Source of the DNA: Mytilus trossulus
Taxonomy: Eukaryota
Direction of reading: 5' to 3'
Length of the DNA: 64,000 bases
Assembly (NCBI RefSeq): GCF_036588685.1
Contig: NC_086373.1
Span: 10,726,001 to 10,790,000, forward strand
Shown here: positions 12,193 to 25,957 of the stretch, one piece after another
Position numbering within the stretch: the first letter of the stretch is position 1
Layout of the letters: each line of letters begins with the position of its first letter
Program-made: the position numbers and the translations under genes
The notes under the pieces: model-generated
The model's database searches: none
The model's input: the letters and a program-made list of their open reading frames with translations, nothing else
What the model was told of the DNA's origin: nothing

Positions 12193-13317
12193 GAGGAGAC
12201 AACGGTTATTTTCAATATAGTGAACGAATTTTCTTATTGCTCTTTGTTGGCTAGGGGACTTATACCCTTCATTACCAGTCTGAATGCTTACATGTGCACA
12301 CAGCACTTGCAGGGGTACAGCAACAACAATTTGTTATCAGACTACTATTGCGATGTTATTAACCGGGGGAGTGACACGTGTATTTGGAAGTTACATTTAT
12401 TTCCTATATTAATAAACCTCCTCTTGTTTGGTGCACCTCCCCTCTTTTTCTGTCGGTATAGGAGATATATGTATACATCATGTCTTTGAGGGAATTGGTC
12501 TCGTTTATATTGATTTTTTTTGCAATAGCTCAACTCTGTATATATATAAATAAATTAATTAATCAACATGAATACTGAAACGATTTAGATATATTTACAC
12601 TAATAACAGAGACATCAATATGATTATTGTAACATTTGTCTCTGACTTTACATAGTGTATTTGTAAGCTAGTCTCTTTTTTGTCGATGCAGGTGTTTGTA
12701 GGGAGAATGAAAAGAAGCTATCCTATTTGATTTCACATTCAACTTATGTTTTCAAAAGCACTATACCCTCTTTTATTCTTCATTCCCCAATATAGATGCT
12801 ATCCTTTCACTAAATAATTATAATAGTTGGTAGTAGTGTGGTAACTAATGTAAATGCCTCTATCCTATAAAACTATGTATAAAGTATTCAACAGAGAGAG
12901 CTAAGTAATTACGCCTCATGTATTGACTTACTTTTTTAAAATGTTATTTAGATGGAGAGTTGTCTCATTGGCACTCACACCACATCTTCCTTTATCTATT
13001 TACATCCCGAGAAACAAAACTTAATGCCAAAAGAATTGTTTAAAATGTTGAGCTTCCCATTGTGAACTATTATATTTATCAACATTCCAGCAGAGCTTGC
13101 ATTTTAAACATGAATTTCTTGATTCAGTTAGTTTCCCTCAAGGGCGGGAGGTATTCAATCAAGTCTCAAGCGTTGAAGCTGATATCCCTCCGAATTTGTA
13201 CTTACACGATCTACTTACCGGTTTAGATTGGAGTGTTGATCTTTTTTTAATTCTCTATATCTGTAACAGTCTTGTGGTTAGATAAGAGCTAATACCATCA
13301 ATCATTATAATAATACA

Positions 13318-13741
13318 TGATGCCTATTCACTTGATATAACCAGATGCCTGTAATGACTTGATATAGCCTGATGCCTATTCACTTGATATAACCAGATGC
13401 CTGTAATGACTTGATATAGCCTGATGCCTGTAATCACTTGATATAGCCTGATGCCTGTAATGACTTGATATAGCCTGATGCCTGTAATCACTTGATATAG
13501 CCTGATGCCTGTAATGACTTGATATAGCCTGATGCCTGTAATCACTTGATATAGCCTGATGCCTGTAATGACTTGATATAGCCTGATGCCTGTAATCACT
13601 TGATATAGCCTGATGCCTGTAATGACTTGATATAGCCTGATGCCTGTAATCACTTGATATAGCCTGATGCCTGTAATGACTTGATATAGCATGATGCCTG
13701 TAATCACTTGATATAGCCTGATGCCTGTAATCACTTGATAC
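13318..13741. repeat. 27-bp minisatellite (about 15 copies) with alternating G/C variants forming a 54-bp dimer
   Basis: tgcctgtaat(g/c)acttgatatagcctga repeated; explains ORF 13324..13761. Confidence 0.97.
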
Positions 13742-14098
13742 TGCTTCTCAATTTTTTTCATAGGAGCACCTGAGATGACTCCCGGATTGTGGTCAATGGT
13801 GGGGATTATATTCCTAAGTATTCAGTTTTCTATGTTTTGCAACAGTATACGTTTTTTGTCTTTTGGGCGTTTTTCTTTTTTAGCCGTAGCATTGTTAGTT
13901 CGTCATCGACTCGTGAGTTTTAATATGCAACTACTACACTTAAGGCAAAGGTTGATATTCGGTTATCTACCATGTATTGTTCGTTGTTGTATTGGGTTTT
14001 GTTTACTGAGTAATACAAGACACCATTAAAACCTGGAGTAAACTCACGTGCAGACAGTTCCTTCTCCACGAGTGGCACCATATCACTTTAATGAACTT

Positions 14099-14227
14099 AT
14101 AAAAAAAAAGAAGATGTGGTATGATTGCCAATGAGACAACTATCCACAAAAGACCAAAATGACACAAACATTAACAACTATAGGTCACCGTACGGCCTTC
14201 AACAATGAGCAAACCCCATACCGCATA
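14099..14227 (-). repeat. Family A interspersed repeat fragment
   Basis: aagaagatgtggtatgattgccaatgagacaac...ggtcaccgtacggccttcaacaatgagcaaa, the reverse complement of the 27.3-kb and 46.6-kb copies. Confidence 0.9.
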
Positions 14228-14359
14228 TTTAAAGGGTTATGAGAAGATAAAATGAGGCCGAAAGTCATAACATTGAATTAAGAGTTACAGTAACGGAATA
14301 TATATAAACAATTTATAAAACAGTCGAAGAATTCTTATAAAAACAGCCCGACAAACATT

Positions 14360-14925
14360 AGACAACATTATTTTAGGCAACACAATCTAAGACAACATAA
14401 TCTTAGGCAACATAATCTTAGACAACATAATCTTAGACAACACAATCTGAGGCAACATAATCTTAGGCGGCAACATATTCGTAGACAACATAATCTTAGA
14501 CAACATAATCTTAGACAGCATAATCTTAGACAACATAATCTTAGACAACATAATCTTAGACAACATAATCTTAGACAACACAATCTGAGGCAACATAATC
14601 TTAGGCGGCAACATAATCTTATACAACATAATCTTAGACAACATAATCTTAGGCGGCAACATATTCGTAGACAACATAATCTTTGGCGGCAAGATAATCT
14701 TAGACAACATAATCTTAGACAGCATAATCTTAGACAACATAATCTTAGACAACACAATCTGAGGCAACATAATCTTAGGCGGCAACATAATCTTAGGCGG
14801 CAACATAATCTTAGGCGGCAACATAATCTTAGACAACATAATCTTAGGTGGCAACATAATCTTAGACAACATAATCTTAGACAACATTATCTTCGGCAAC
14901 ATAATCTGAAGAAACAAAATCTTAA
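14360..14925. repeat. 15-bp minisatellite with 18-bp variants
   Basis: gacaacataatctta and ggcggcaacataatctta repeated; explains the LRLCC and KIMLS ORFs. Confidence 0.97.
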
Positions 14926-15196
14926 GAAAATATAAAATCTAAGGCAAAGCCAAAATAAACTGTTTCATGTATGAGAGGGTTTCAAGAGCAATCACAATGT
15001 AATGTAAATCCTGTTTATAGTTAATTACTTATAATGTGTTGTAGTAGGTTCATAAACGATATTACCGTTATATACCATGTTTTATTAATTTTTGTAAATG
15101 AAATTATACTTCCACAAGGAAACAGTAAACTTGTGACACGATTTAGTAAACAAATTGGTCAATTTGAAATATCCATATCTTTGATATATATGTAAT

Positions 15197-15750
15197 AAAA
15201 TTGAGAAAGAAAATGGGGAATGTGTCAAAGCGACAACAACCCAATCAGATCTAGCAGACAACAGTCGAATGCCACCAATGAGTCTCCAATGTAGCGAGAA
15301 ACTCCCGCACCTATAGGCATCCTTCAGCTGCCCCTTAAAAAATATGTATACTAGTACAGTGATAATGGACCTCATACTAAACTCCGAATTATGCACAAGA
15401 AACTAAGATTAAAAAAACATACAAGATTAACAAAGGACAGAGGCTCCTGTCTTGGAAGAGGCGCAAAATTGCGGAGGGGTTAATATAAAAAAGAAGATGC
15501 GGTATGATTGCCAATGAGGCAACTGTCCACAAGAGACCAAAATGACACATACATTAACAACTATAGGTCACCGTACGGTCTTCAACAATGAGCAAAGCAA
15601 TAGCGCATAGTCAGCTATAAAAGGCCCCGATAAGACAATGTAAAAAAAAAAACAATTCAAACAAGAAAACTAACGGCCTTTTTATATAAAAAAAAATTAA
15701 CGAAAAACAAATAAGTAACATGTTTATGAGATCTCAACCCTCCCTCTATA
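15197..15750 (+). repeat. Interspersed repeat (family B) with a nested family A copy at about 15484-15717
   Basis: aaatggggaatgtgtcaaag...ggggttaa|insert|catgtttatgagatctcaaccctccc; related copies at about 30700-31000, 35000-35160 (-) and 53570-53905. Confidence 0.75.
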
Positions 15751-16523
15751 AACTCGTTTTATATGAAAGGAAATATTACATTTATTAAAAAAAAACTCCA
15801 TACACGCGGATACGAAACTTCTAAGAAATATATACTACACAAGAAGAAGCCACAAGAACATGATTATTAAGGAAAGGAAAATTATATTTAAAAAAGGAAA
15901 AGTCATCCTATTTATCATAGATTTGTTGATAAATTTCATATTTGGGAAGCACAATCTTGATTGTTCACAGATAATATATCATGTTTAAATATGCGCATGT
16001 ATGTGTTTGTCTAAAGTTCTTATATATATCACCATGTTATTTAATAGTATCTCAAGTTTAGTTAATTTTTATAAATGTGTTGGCAAGGAAATAGTACTGT
16101 ACACGAAAAACAAAAAAGACCAGAATTCAAAACACGAGCAATTAAAATAAACATTTCTGGTCATATTATGTGATAGTACACGAAAGGACTATTTGCATGG
16201 ACATTCTCAATCCGAGGAATTGGGCATCATATCTACCAGAAAATAAAAATAGAATATAGAAAGATTTATTTAAAAGAACGGATCAATTTCCCTTCCATAT
16301 TATTCTTTTATGAAGTTGCCATTGTAATGGTGATATTTAAATCGATTGGAAGTCTTGTTTGGAACAAATATCGTCGGTAGGAAGACAATGTTTGCGCTAT
16401 ACATTAACTAAACACTTATACATTTATTTATGTAAACTAATGGCCATCGGGTTGTCCATTCTAAAACATGTCTCTGTTTCTATAGTTTAATTGATCCCCA
16501 TAACTACTGTCAATAAATACACA

Positions 16524-16530
16524 TATAAAT
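16524..16530 (+). promoter_or_regulatory. Candidate TATA box of caveolin gene 1
   Basis: TATAAAT about 80 bp upstream of the ATG; similar motifs at 22561 (gene 2) and 41243 (gene 5). The AT-rich background limits confidence. Confidence 0.35.
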
Positions 16531-16606
16531 ACAAATGTATGAAGTTTCTGGACATTCAGCTTCTCTTGACCATTAGGATTAAGTTCAGAGCACCATTGTA
16601 ACAAGC

Positions 16607-16669
16607 ATGCCTGGAAGTGAAATCGATCTAGTCAACAGAGATCCAAATGGATTAAACGCACATTTGGGG
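16607..16669 (+). CDS. CAV: Caveolin gene 1, exon 1
   Basis: MPGSEIDLVNRDPNGLNAHLG then GTATGT donor; EIDLVNRDP caveolin N-terminal motif; phase 0. Confidence 0.93.
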
Positions 16670-16844
16670 GTATGTTGATTATCTAGTTTGCTTGAAAAAT
16701 GTTTGCAAGACATTCTCAAAGAAACTTGTCACCTCCGAAATATTCACTTTTTCATCTTATCAGTCATTTAAAAAGAAGGGTTGTGATTTTATCTTTGAAA
16801 GCCTCAGGACTGCCAATACATACACAAAGTTTTAATTTTCTATA

Positions 16845-16930
16845 AAGGGGCGGGTCATTGATAAAAGGGGGTTCCTAATCCAAGATCAAGGGGGTTCAAA
16901 CCTCCGGAATTCCTCTTGAATCCGCCACTG
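16845..16930. mobile_element. 86-bp mini TIR element with 5-bp TSD (hAT5-like)
   Basis: aaggggcggg...tccgccactg flanked by ctata at 16840-16844 and 16931-16935. Confidence 0.6.
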
Positions 16931-18091
16931 CTATAGAACAAATCGACTTTAGGAAATGTTCTTTTTTAATCAAGTATTTATGACAGCAAATGCACAAACA
17001 TTTACATCAAACAAATATATAAATGATAAATCAATTATGCGCAAAAATAAGAATTAAAAGGAAAAATAGCGATATGCTTCTGATCATCGTATTATGTTCA
17101 TAATAACATAAAAACATTTTCACCATGTTTTACCTAGAAATTGTCTTATGTTTCCTATTACTAACGGTAAATCTCAAACTATTTTAGATAGAAAGGGTAC
17201 AAAAATGAAACAATAAATACATGAATAACCGTGAAAAGACTCCCCCCCCCCCCTATGAAAATGAACAGGGTATTTCTCCAAAAGAGACAATGATAACACT
17301 TGTGCAATATTCTATAGTGAATCTTTACCAATTTTAATCGTCTTTAATTCTAATCAGCGAGTAAGCTCATAGTACTTAACCAAGAATATTACAGAATGTT
17401 CACATAATAATGTACAAAGTATTTTGTTAATAGATAAATATCCAATGTTATATTAGCCAGAATAGCGTTAAAGTTTAGCCCCTCTGTATTTTCAGCGTTC
17501 GTTAACACAATCTTTTTGCTTTATATTTCATATTTCATATAAAAGATTTTTTTTTTTTAATATTGGAAGGGGTGGGGTGGGGTATCAATTTGTAGAAGCA
17601 GAACTATCATAGGTTTAATTTGTTATATTTTTTAGTGTGAGTTGACAAACACACAAGTGTATTTTGTGTTTGAAATTTGAGTATTAGTTACAATACAAAT
17701 GCAAAAAGTATTATGTACTGTTTCATCAAAACTAAACAAAAACAACAGCAAACAAAACAATGACCAAATAAACAAATATATTTCAGACAAAACTTCATCT
17801 TCCAACATGTGGTTTCAACTTTGATAAAATCCAACCACAAATGCCTTCAAATTTATTGTAAAAACGTAGCTTTCTTTAGAATATCTTGCAAAAATTGTAG
17901 ATGATGATTATTTTATAACAATATGCTCAATCTATTGTTTACATCTAGTTGTCTTTTGATTCTTAACTCTTCCCGGAAATCTAAGATCATACCCGTTTTT
18001 TTCTTAGTGTGCTATATTGTGCTATATGTGGACCGTTGTTTGTGTTCTGGTTGTTTTTCACCATTGGAATGTACTTCCGTTTTCGACTTAT

Positions 18092-19163
18092 GAATCTGAA
18101 TATCCGTTTGTATCTTTAGAATCTGAATATCCGTTGGTATCTTTCGAATCTGAAAATCTGTTGGTATCTATCGAATCTGAATATCCGTTGGTATCTTTCG
18201 AATCTGAATATCCGTTGGTATCTTTCGAATCTGAATATCCGTTGGTATCTTTCGAATCTGAATATCTGTTGGTATCTTTCGAATCTAAATATCTGTTGGT
18301 ATCTTTCGAATCTGAATATCTGTTGGTATCTTTCGAATCTGAATATCCGTTGGTATCTTTCGAATCTGAATATCCGTTGGTATCTTTCGAATCTGAATAT
18401 CCGTTGGTATCTTTCGAATCTGAATATCTGTTGGTATCTTTCGAATCTGAATATCTATTGGTATCTTGAATCTGTATATCTGTTGGTATCTTTCGTATCT
18501 GAATATCCGTTGGTATCTTTCGAATCTGAATATCTGTTGGTATCTTTCGAATCTGAATATCCGTTGGTATCTTTCGAATCTGAATATCTGTTGGTATCTT
18601 TCGAATCTGAATATCTATTGGTATCTTGAATCTGTATATCTGTTGGTATCTTTCGTATCTGAATAACCGTTGGTATCTTTCGAATCTGAATATCTGTTGG
18701 TATCTTTCGAATGTGAATATCTGTTGGTATCTTTCGAATCTGAATATCTGTTGGTATCTTGAATCTGAATATCTGTTGGTATCTTTCGTATCTGAATATC
18801 CGTTGGTATCTTTCGAATCTGAATATCTGTTGGTATCTTTCGAATCTGAATATCTGTTGGTATCTTTCGAATCTGAATATCTGTTGGTATCTTGAATCTG
18901 AATATCTGTTGGTATCTTTCGTATCTGAATATCCGTTGGTATCTTGAATCTGAATATCTGTTGGTATCTTTCGTATCTGAATATCCGTTGGTATCTTTCG
19001 AATCTGAATATCCGTTGGTATCTTTCGAATCTGAATATCTGTTGGTATCTTTCGAATCTAAATATTGTTGGTATCTTTCGAATCTGAATATCCGTTGGTA
19101 ACTTTCGAATCTGAATATCCGATGGTATCTTTCGAATCTGAATATCCGTTGGTATCTTTCGAA
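18092..19163. repeat. 27-bp minisatellite (25-bp variants, about 40 copies) in the caveolin gene 1 intron
   Basis: gaatctgaatatc(c/t)gttggtatctttc repeated; explains the ESEYPLVSF ORFs. Confidence 0.97.
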
Positions 19164-19306
19164 CCTCTATAGTTAGTTACGGCGTTGTTTTGCGGAATCG
19201 TTGACGTATATATACATTATTTTTCTTTTGATTAATCCACACAGTGTCTAATTATGATCATTACAAGTATTAGCAGTATCATTAACATTATCTTTATTAT
19301 TTGCAG

Positions 19307-19633
19307 ACACTTCATTTTAACGATGTATTCGGAGAACCTGATGGTATACACAGTATTGACTGTGTCTGGAAGTTATCAGCCAAATGTTTCGACTGCTGGA
19401 AGCTGTTATGTTACAACATCCTGACCATCATCTATGGTATCTTTATTGCTGCTGAATGGGGATGTGAATTCGCCATCATTGCTTTCTACCATATCTGGAT
19501 TATCTCACCATGTATGAAGATCATCGAGATTAACTGTGGAGTTTGTCAGCGAATCTATGCATCATGTGTTAATTGTTGTGTTATACCATGTTGCGAGGCT
19601 TTGGGTTCAGTGTTCCATCATTTCAAGAAATGA
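19307..19633 (+). CDS. CAV: Caveolin gene 1, exon 2 (129-aa protein in total)
   Basis: ttgcag acceptor; TLHFNDVFGEPDGIHSIDCVWK...EALGSVFHHFKK*; variant of the FEDVIAEPEGTHSFDGIWK signature followed by a hydrophobic domain. Confidence 0.96.
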   Translation, partial: TLHFNDVFGEPDGIHSIDCVWKLSAKCFDCWKLLCYNILTIIYGIFIAAEWGCEFAIIAFYHIWIISPCMKIIEINCGVCQRIYASCVNCCVIPCCEALGSVFHHFKK

Positions 19634-22600
19634 GGAGATATTTGGATTGTTTTATAACAAAACTAGAATAAAAGACAAGTTTTGGAACAAGTCTGCAAAT
19701 ACGAATAGTACTGTTCGATCTATCTGAAGTACTTTCATCGATTAACTTTACCTACTGTGATACTTGAAAACCAACTTTAAATAAATACTCTATACCTATA
19801 CGTATCAGTCTTTTTGTATGTTATGTCCCTTAAAAATGAAAAACAGATTTTGCATGCACATAAAGTCATACATAGATTAATAGGATTGATTGATAAAATG
19901 TAAGTGTTCCACTTTCTGTACACTTAGCTGTATCATGGCTGCCAGTTTACTGGTCGAGGAAGCCAGTGTACCTAGATAGAACATATGACTTTGGGAGTTA
20001 ACTATAAGCACACACACATATGTGTTGTCGTATTTGAATAATTCCTGATAAATATGTTTTTATGAACGCTCATGCAACTAAATATAGCTTAAACTAAATG
20101 GGTATGTTAAAAAATGAATTGCGTAAATTTTCTGATGAAATTTTAGTTTCTAGTAACAAGAAAAACAAAAATCTTTCCAACAAACTGTATATAAAATATG
20201 ATTATCAATGGATCTATCAACTCACTCTTTCATTTTTAAAATAAGACTGTTGTGGTATGATTGCCAATGAAGGAAATGTAAGCAACTATATATATATAGG
20301 TCACCGTGCGACCCTCAACAATGACAAAAACACATGCCGTATGGTTAGATGTAATTTAAAGGTCTTCGCATGACAAATTATTTATTTTTTTTACTAGAAA
20401 ACCAAAACTTGACTTATGTTTTTACAAAACAATTGAAAAAATAGAACATGAGAACATGAACAAAAAATATCCACTGAATTATATGCTTTAAGCATGGAAC
20501 AGACACATACAGAATGTTGCGGGATTAAACATGTTTGTGAACGCTAAATCCTCGACTTACCTAATTGAAAGTTTTTATATGTATTAATGTAAGTTTAATT
20601 TGTATCTTTGTTCAATTGCTTTTTATACAATAAATTATTGATCTGTTTATCCAACAATTTCCCCCTGATCTGTAATTCCACAATCATAGATACAATAACT
20701 GGCAGAGTTAAGGCAAATGTTGAAATTACAAATAAATTTGTTTGCTACTTTAAACTTTACTTAATTATTGCTTTTCTTCGAAAGGACGCTGTTAATAAAG
20801 CACATTCAAAACTGGTATTTATATAGATATCAAACTGATTTACATGACAAAACAAAACATATACTTTATTTTAATACATCAGCCTGACTCACTGTTAAAA
20901 TAGAGCTACGATGAGACCATGAAAATAAAGCACATATAAAATGCACATATAACTAAAACCAATCGGAGTTTGGCTATAAAATAGCAATACATTTCATCCG
21001 TTAATCTAAATCTTAATTTATCATCATTGAATAATAAAATAAAATTTATATGAGTCAAAAGTTTAAAATGATACAGCACTCAATTTGCATTTCGGACAGT
21101 TTAAAGAAACATGTTTTTCGTCTTCATTGTTTATTTTGTTTTTGTTATTGTTTTTTGTTTTTTTTACAATTGATCATTGTGACAGGCCTGATAACAGATA
21201 CATGTATACCAATAGAATGGTCTAATGACGGTAACAAAGACTGTATCTTGCTATTTTATCAATTGTAAAATAAAATAAAATATAAAATAATTTTATTGGT
21301 GTAAATTCCAATATAGGAATGATACCAGCTAACATTTACAAAATACAAATACAAAAAAAAACACCAAAAAAACAAATATATGTAGAGACATATTTTCTCA
21401 GATTCAAAACAATGTTATTCCACGTATCATGTGTACAAAAAAAACAGACAGATTTCCGTTTGTTCACTATAATTGACGATAACCTTTCAAGAAAAGGGGG
21501 GGGGGGGGTTTAAAGGAAACTCTTGTCAAAATTTACAAATGTATGTAAGACCCTATTTTTTTAATACTCTCTAATTATTTTATTCTCAATGTACCTCGCA
21601 AAGATTTTTTTTTTAAATAAGCGCTTCGTAAGTCTACGGTTATACTAAAAGCTGTGTCAACACGAATAAAAAATGCCAATATCTTTTATTTTGAATGATA
21701 TTCTGGTACTGGCCTTATGAATTGAGTACTTTTAAAAACAACCTGATGGGTTGTTTGAGATTAGAGGGAATGCAAAACAAGTTTAAATAACAAAATTTGT
21801 TGTCGGTATCAACAAAAGGTGTCAATATCTTGCCTTCTCTCTGACTTTTCTGGTTCGGCATCATACAATAACTGCCAATCATGCTTAAAACCCGACAATT
21901 TCAAAGATGAAGCTAGATATACATCCTTGGTCCCTTGCTGCTACACAAAAAAAGGTTGATTTTAATAGCGCGCAAAAGTGACTAAAGCCCTCAAAATATT
22001 AGCTTAAACCCTGGTAAGACGAACAAAAGGTAGTTACAATTTTATAATATGGGTAAATGAACATCTTTTTAGATGATTAATTGGTTCATCATGGCTACCC
22101 AAAAAAAGAGGAATATAATGGCTAAGTATATTGGCTACAATTTTACATTTGTGTAGAAACTGGGGGTCAATGTTAGAATTTCGTATAAAAATAAACGATA
22201 CAAAAATAAAACAATAAATGATTATAACATAAAATGTGTCATATGCTTTTGATTCCATAATTTACTTCTTGACTTAGTAATATTATAGGAAATCTATTTT
22301 TTGTGGTAAACAAAACTCATCAATAATTTGTTTGACTCGAAACCTAATTAAGTTAATCTTGGACATATTAAATCATTTTCTAATGAAATCAATGGATTTA
22401 ATTGATCGCTTGCTTGTCCACCGATATTGTAAACGTCCCTATTGTTAACTTGTGAATGGAAAATCACTCATGCCTAAACGGTCACTCAGTGTCCATTTCT
22501 ATAACTTGTTACGTCATGAAGTCCTGTCACCATGTCCACTATAAACAAAACATAAATCTATATAAAACGGACTTTCATACCGGTTTCTATACAAACACTG

Positions 22601-22652
22601 ATTTGGTAGCAGTAAGCAGAACTTTACTTCTGTACAAACTGAATATAACAAA

Positions 22653-22715
22653 ATGTCAGGAGGCGAAATTGATTTGATTAACAGAGATCCCAATGGTCTT
22701 AACGCACATTTAGGG
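22653..22715 (+). CDS. CAV: Caveolin gene 2, exon 1
   Basis: MSGGEIDLINRDPNGLNAHLG then GTAAGT donor. Confidence 0.94.
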
Positions 22716-24021
22716 GTAAGTTCACATTTGTATTATCTATTTTATTTATTTTAAAAAAGAATGCCCTTTTGTATTATCTATTTTATTTATTTAAAAAAAG
22801 GGCATTCTTTTTTTATAATTATAATTCTACGTGAAAGAACCTTTAATTGGCTTGCTGATAAAAGCTTATAAAAGCTTATGAAGTTAAAAAAAAAATGTGT
22901 AAAATTTTCTAATCAAAGTTTGACTTCAACTTTTTATGTTTAATCATATCCTATGTAATCATCAAATAAAATTGTAATCATAACTACAGTTTGAATTAAA
23001 CAGAATTAAAATTTGCGCAATATATTCATTTTGCAATGAATTCATATCATATAAACATAAAAAGACGGGAGCATCTAGCTTTTCTGTTTATCGTTGCTAA
23101 GGTCCTTCATTTCAAAATCCCGTTTGTTTTCATTAGAGTATAACAAAACTTTATTCATTTTTTTTTATTAACATAGGCAGTATAGTAATATGTCTCTGTT
23201 ATTATGAATGCTGATTTCTAGTAAAATCAAAAACAATTTTCATTTTAATTTACACTTAGAATTAATCCTTTTAGACATTATTTTTTTAGCGTACAAGACC
23301 TTTAATTTATTAATGAACAATGCATGTTTGAACTTGTTTAATAGATTTAAAGTTTTCATGCTTCAAATTATAAGATTTGTTTGTGGAATTAATAGAGCTT
23401 AAAGTTAGAAACCTGATGTTATAACGCAAATAAGGTTTTTATTTTGGAGTCACTCCTTATGTATATTTTTTTATAGACTTAGGAACTTTACATTGTATGA
23501 GCATAGCCTAATCGAAACAAGATACCATAATTATCCATCCTGATTTTTTGTATTATACGTTAATTTGTTATGTTTTTCCCCCAAATCAAGGACTTATATA
23601 TACGTCCCTGCCCAAATACAACCTAATGTAACACACACAGTAATTCATTGAGACAGTCAAGTAAAAGAGGGAAGAAAGATACCAAAGGGACAGTAAACTA
23701 TCAACAACCTTCAATAGGAAATTATTACACACAAACCTGCATATCAATGGCAAAACATAATGGAGAATTATATACTATTACAAAATAATACACGAGTGAC
23801 AAGAAACAGTTATACACGTATATATTAATGGTCACTATAAACAAAAAACTTGATAATTTATGAAAATTTCATATATATACCAAATAACAAGAACTTATGA
23901 GTTTTGTTTTTATTCTATGTTTATACACTGTACATGAATGAAACACACCATTAAACAATACTGATAAACATAAACTATAATAAGATGACTTGATTTTAAT
24001 TATTTCCTTCTATTTTTCCAG

Positions 24022-24348
24022 ACTCTTCATTTCAACGATGTATTCGGAGAACCTGACGGTGTACACAGTATAGACTGCGTCTGGAAGATATCAGCCAAGT
24101 GTTTCGACTGCTGGAAGCTGTTATGTTACAACATCCTGACCATTGTCTACGGTATCTTTATTGCTGCTGAATGGGGATGTGAATTCGCCATCATTGCTTT
24201 CTACCATATCTGGATCATTTCACCATGCATGAAGATCTTTGAGATCAACTGTGGACTCTGCCAGAGAATCTATGCATCCTGTGTTAACTGTTGTCTCGTA
24301 CCGTGTTGTGAAGCAATGGGCTCACTATTCGTTGCATTCAAGAAATGA
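24022..24348 (+). CDS. CAV: Caveolin gene 2, exon 2 (129 aa total; absent from the ORF track)
   Basis: ttttccag acceptor; TLHFNDVFGEPDGVHSIDCVWKISAKCFDCWKLLCYNILTIVYG...EAMGSLFVAFKK*; open frame translated by hand. Confidence 0.96.
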   Translation, partial: TLHFNDVFGEPDGVHSIDCVWKISAKCFDCWKLLCYNILTIVYGIFIAAEWGCEFAIIAFYHIWIISPCMKIFEINCGLCQRIYASCVNCCLVPCCEAMGSLFVAFKK

Positions 24349-25605
24349 TAAACTATCTACAAACAATGTAGCTTGTAAGAAGATTGGACTTTCGGCAGTA
24401 GAACTACGAGCTCAACAAATTCTTTTCGAACAGTCTTCGATTTCGTGTTTGTGATAAATTTTATTTTGTATAGTTATCAACTTGATATTCGAAAAAAGTC
24501 TGAATGTGATAATTTATTATTTATTATGTAGTATAAAGTACAATTGTTAACATTTATACAATCTTTATTTTGAATAAAATGACATTGTTATACAGCTCAA
24601 GTGTTATGAAGTTATAAATTTATTAAATTGTATGAGGTATCATAGTTCATACATCTACATCCTTATATTAATCTATTCATAGATCGTCCTGAGTATGCAT
24701 GATATATTTGCCACTTGTAATTTGGCAACCAACAATCATATACTATTCCTATTAAGTTATACTGTTGGATCACTATTTTTTGTCTTTCTCAGTAGTCAGT
24801 TTGTTTTGTTTTGTGTACTGTTGTTTGTATGTTCGTCGTTTTTGTTATTTGCCATGGTAATATGAAAATAGGATGTGGTATGATTCTCAATGAGATGAAA
24901 GCAACAATAGGTATACATTTGTGTTCTTTTGAAGTTATTTCTAGTTTTTGTTTTGTACACAAGCCACTTGTGACATGCGGTTATATGTTTACCAATGCCG
25001 ATTATATACTAGTAATACACTTGCACGCATTCTACAGTTAATAGTATGCATTTCCATTTAAACTAATCTAAAAAACAAATTACTAGGTAGAGGGGTCTAA
25101 ATACAGCGCAAACACCTTTTTCCAAAAGACCAAAAATGGGAAAAAGAATATTTTAACAAAATGAATTTGACTAACAGGTCGAACAACTAATATTATTAAA
25201 CCCTGCTGACTACCGTTGTCGATTGCCAAATACATGGATCACCAGTTGTATCAAAAAGGATTTCAATATTAATTTAATACCAAACAGAAAACAGTAGACT
25301 TGCGGAAAAGATGAAATACCGCAATCACGAAGTTCATTTGAATTGATATACTGCAGTATTTATTGTGAATAACATGAGGTATGGGTATACGTCGATGAAA
25401 CAATCCAAAGACACATTTTTTAAAAACATAAAGAGGGTTTTAGTCTTCATAATATGACAGTCATCTATGCAATACTATGAGCTCCAATTCGTCTCAATTC
25501 TTGTACAGCCAAATGAAATTTCTATTAGGACGTTATACATAAATAAAGTACAACCAGGCTATAATTGTAGGGAAAAAAAACAAAAAAGGAAACATTATAA
25601 TTGTA

Positions 25606-25649
25606 CGCCAGACGCGCGTTTCGTCTAAAAAATGTCATCACTGATGCTC
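25606..25649 (-). ncRNA. Degenerate minimal hammerhead ribozyme motif
   Basis: Minus strand gagcatca-GTGATGA-...gac-GAAAcgcgcGTC-tggcgt; core C3 and stem II are damaged. Confidence 0.45.
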
Positions 25650-25957
25650 GAATCTAAAAAGTTATCATGGTCAAATCCACCACAAAGAATGACGGTGTCA
25701 AACGCATTGAGAGAACATGCATTGTGTCCTGTATATATACTATATTTTATGCTGCTTATTCACAAGTTTGTGTCACAGCTAATTTGAATTAAGGATTATT
25801 TATCGCCCTCGTGCTAGGCTCTGATTCTTTGTCCAGATTTGACTATACTAAAGGTCCTTAATGGTTTTAGCAGCTCTTTAGCGTTTTTATACTGCAAATA
25901 TATAGTTGTGTTTATTTCCTTAATATTGTAACAAGGCTATATTTTGTATAATGTCAA

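Noticed and set aside
12286-12400. ALG12 non-coding first exon (minus-strand GTAAGC donor near 12291)
   Set aside because: Plausible, but supported only by a donor-like hexamer.
13324-18947. YQVITGIRL, LRLCC/KIMLS and ESEYPLVSF repeat proteins
   Set aside because: These are translations of 27-, 15- and 27-bp minisatellites with no gene structure.
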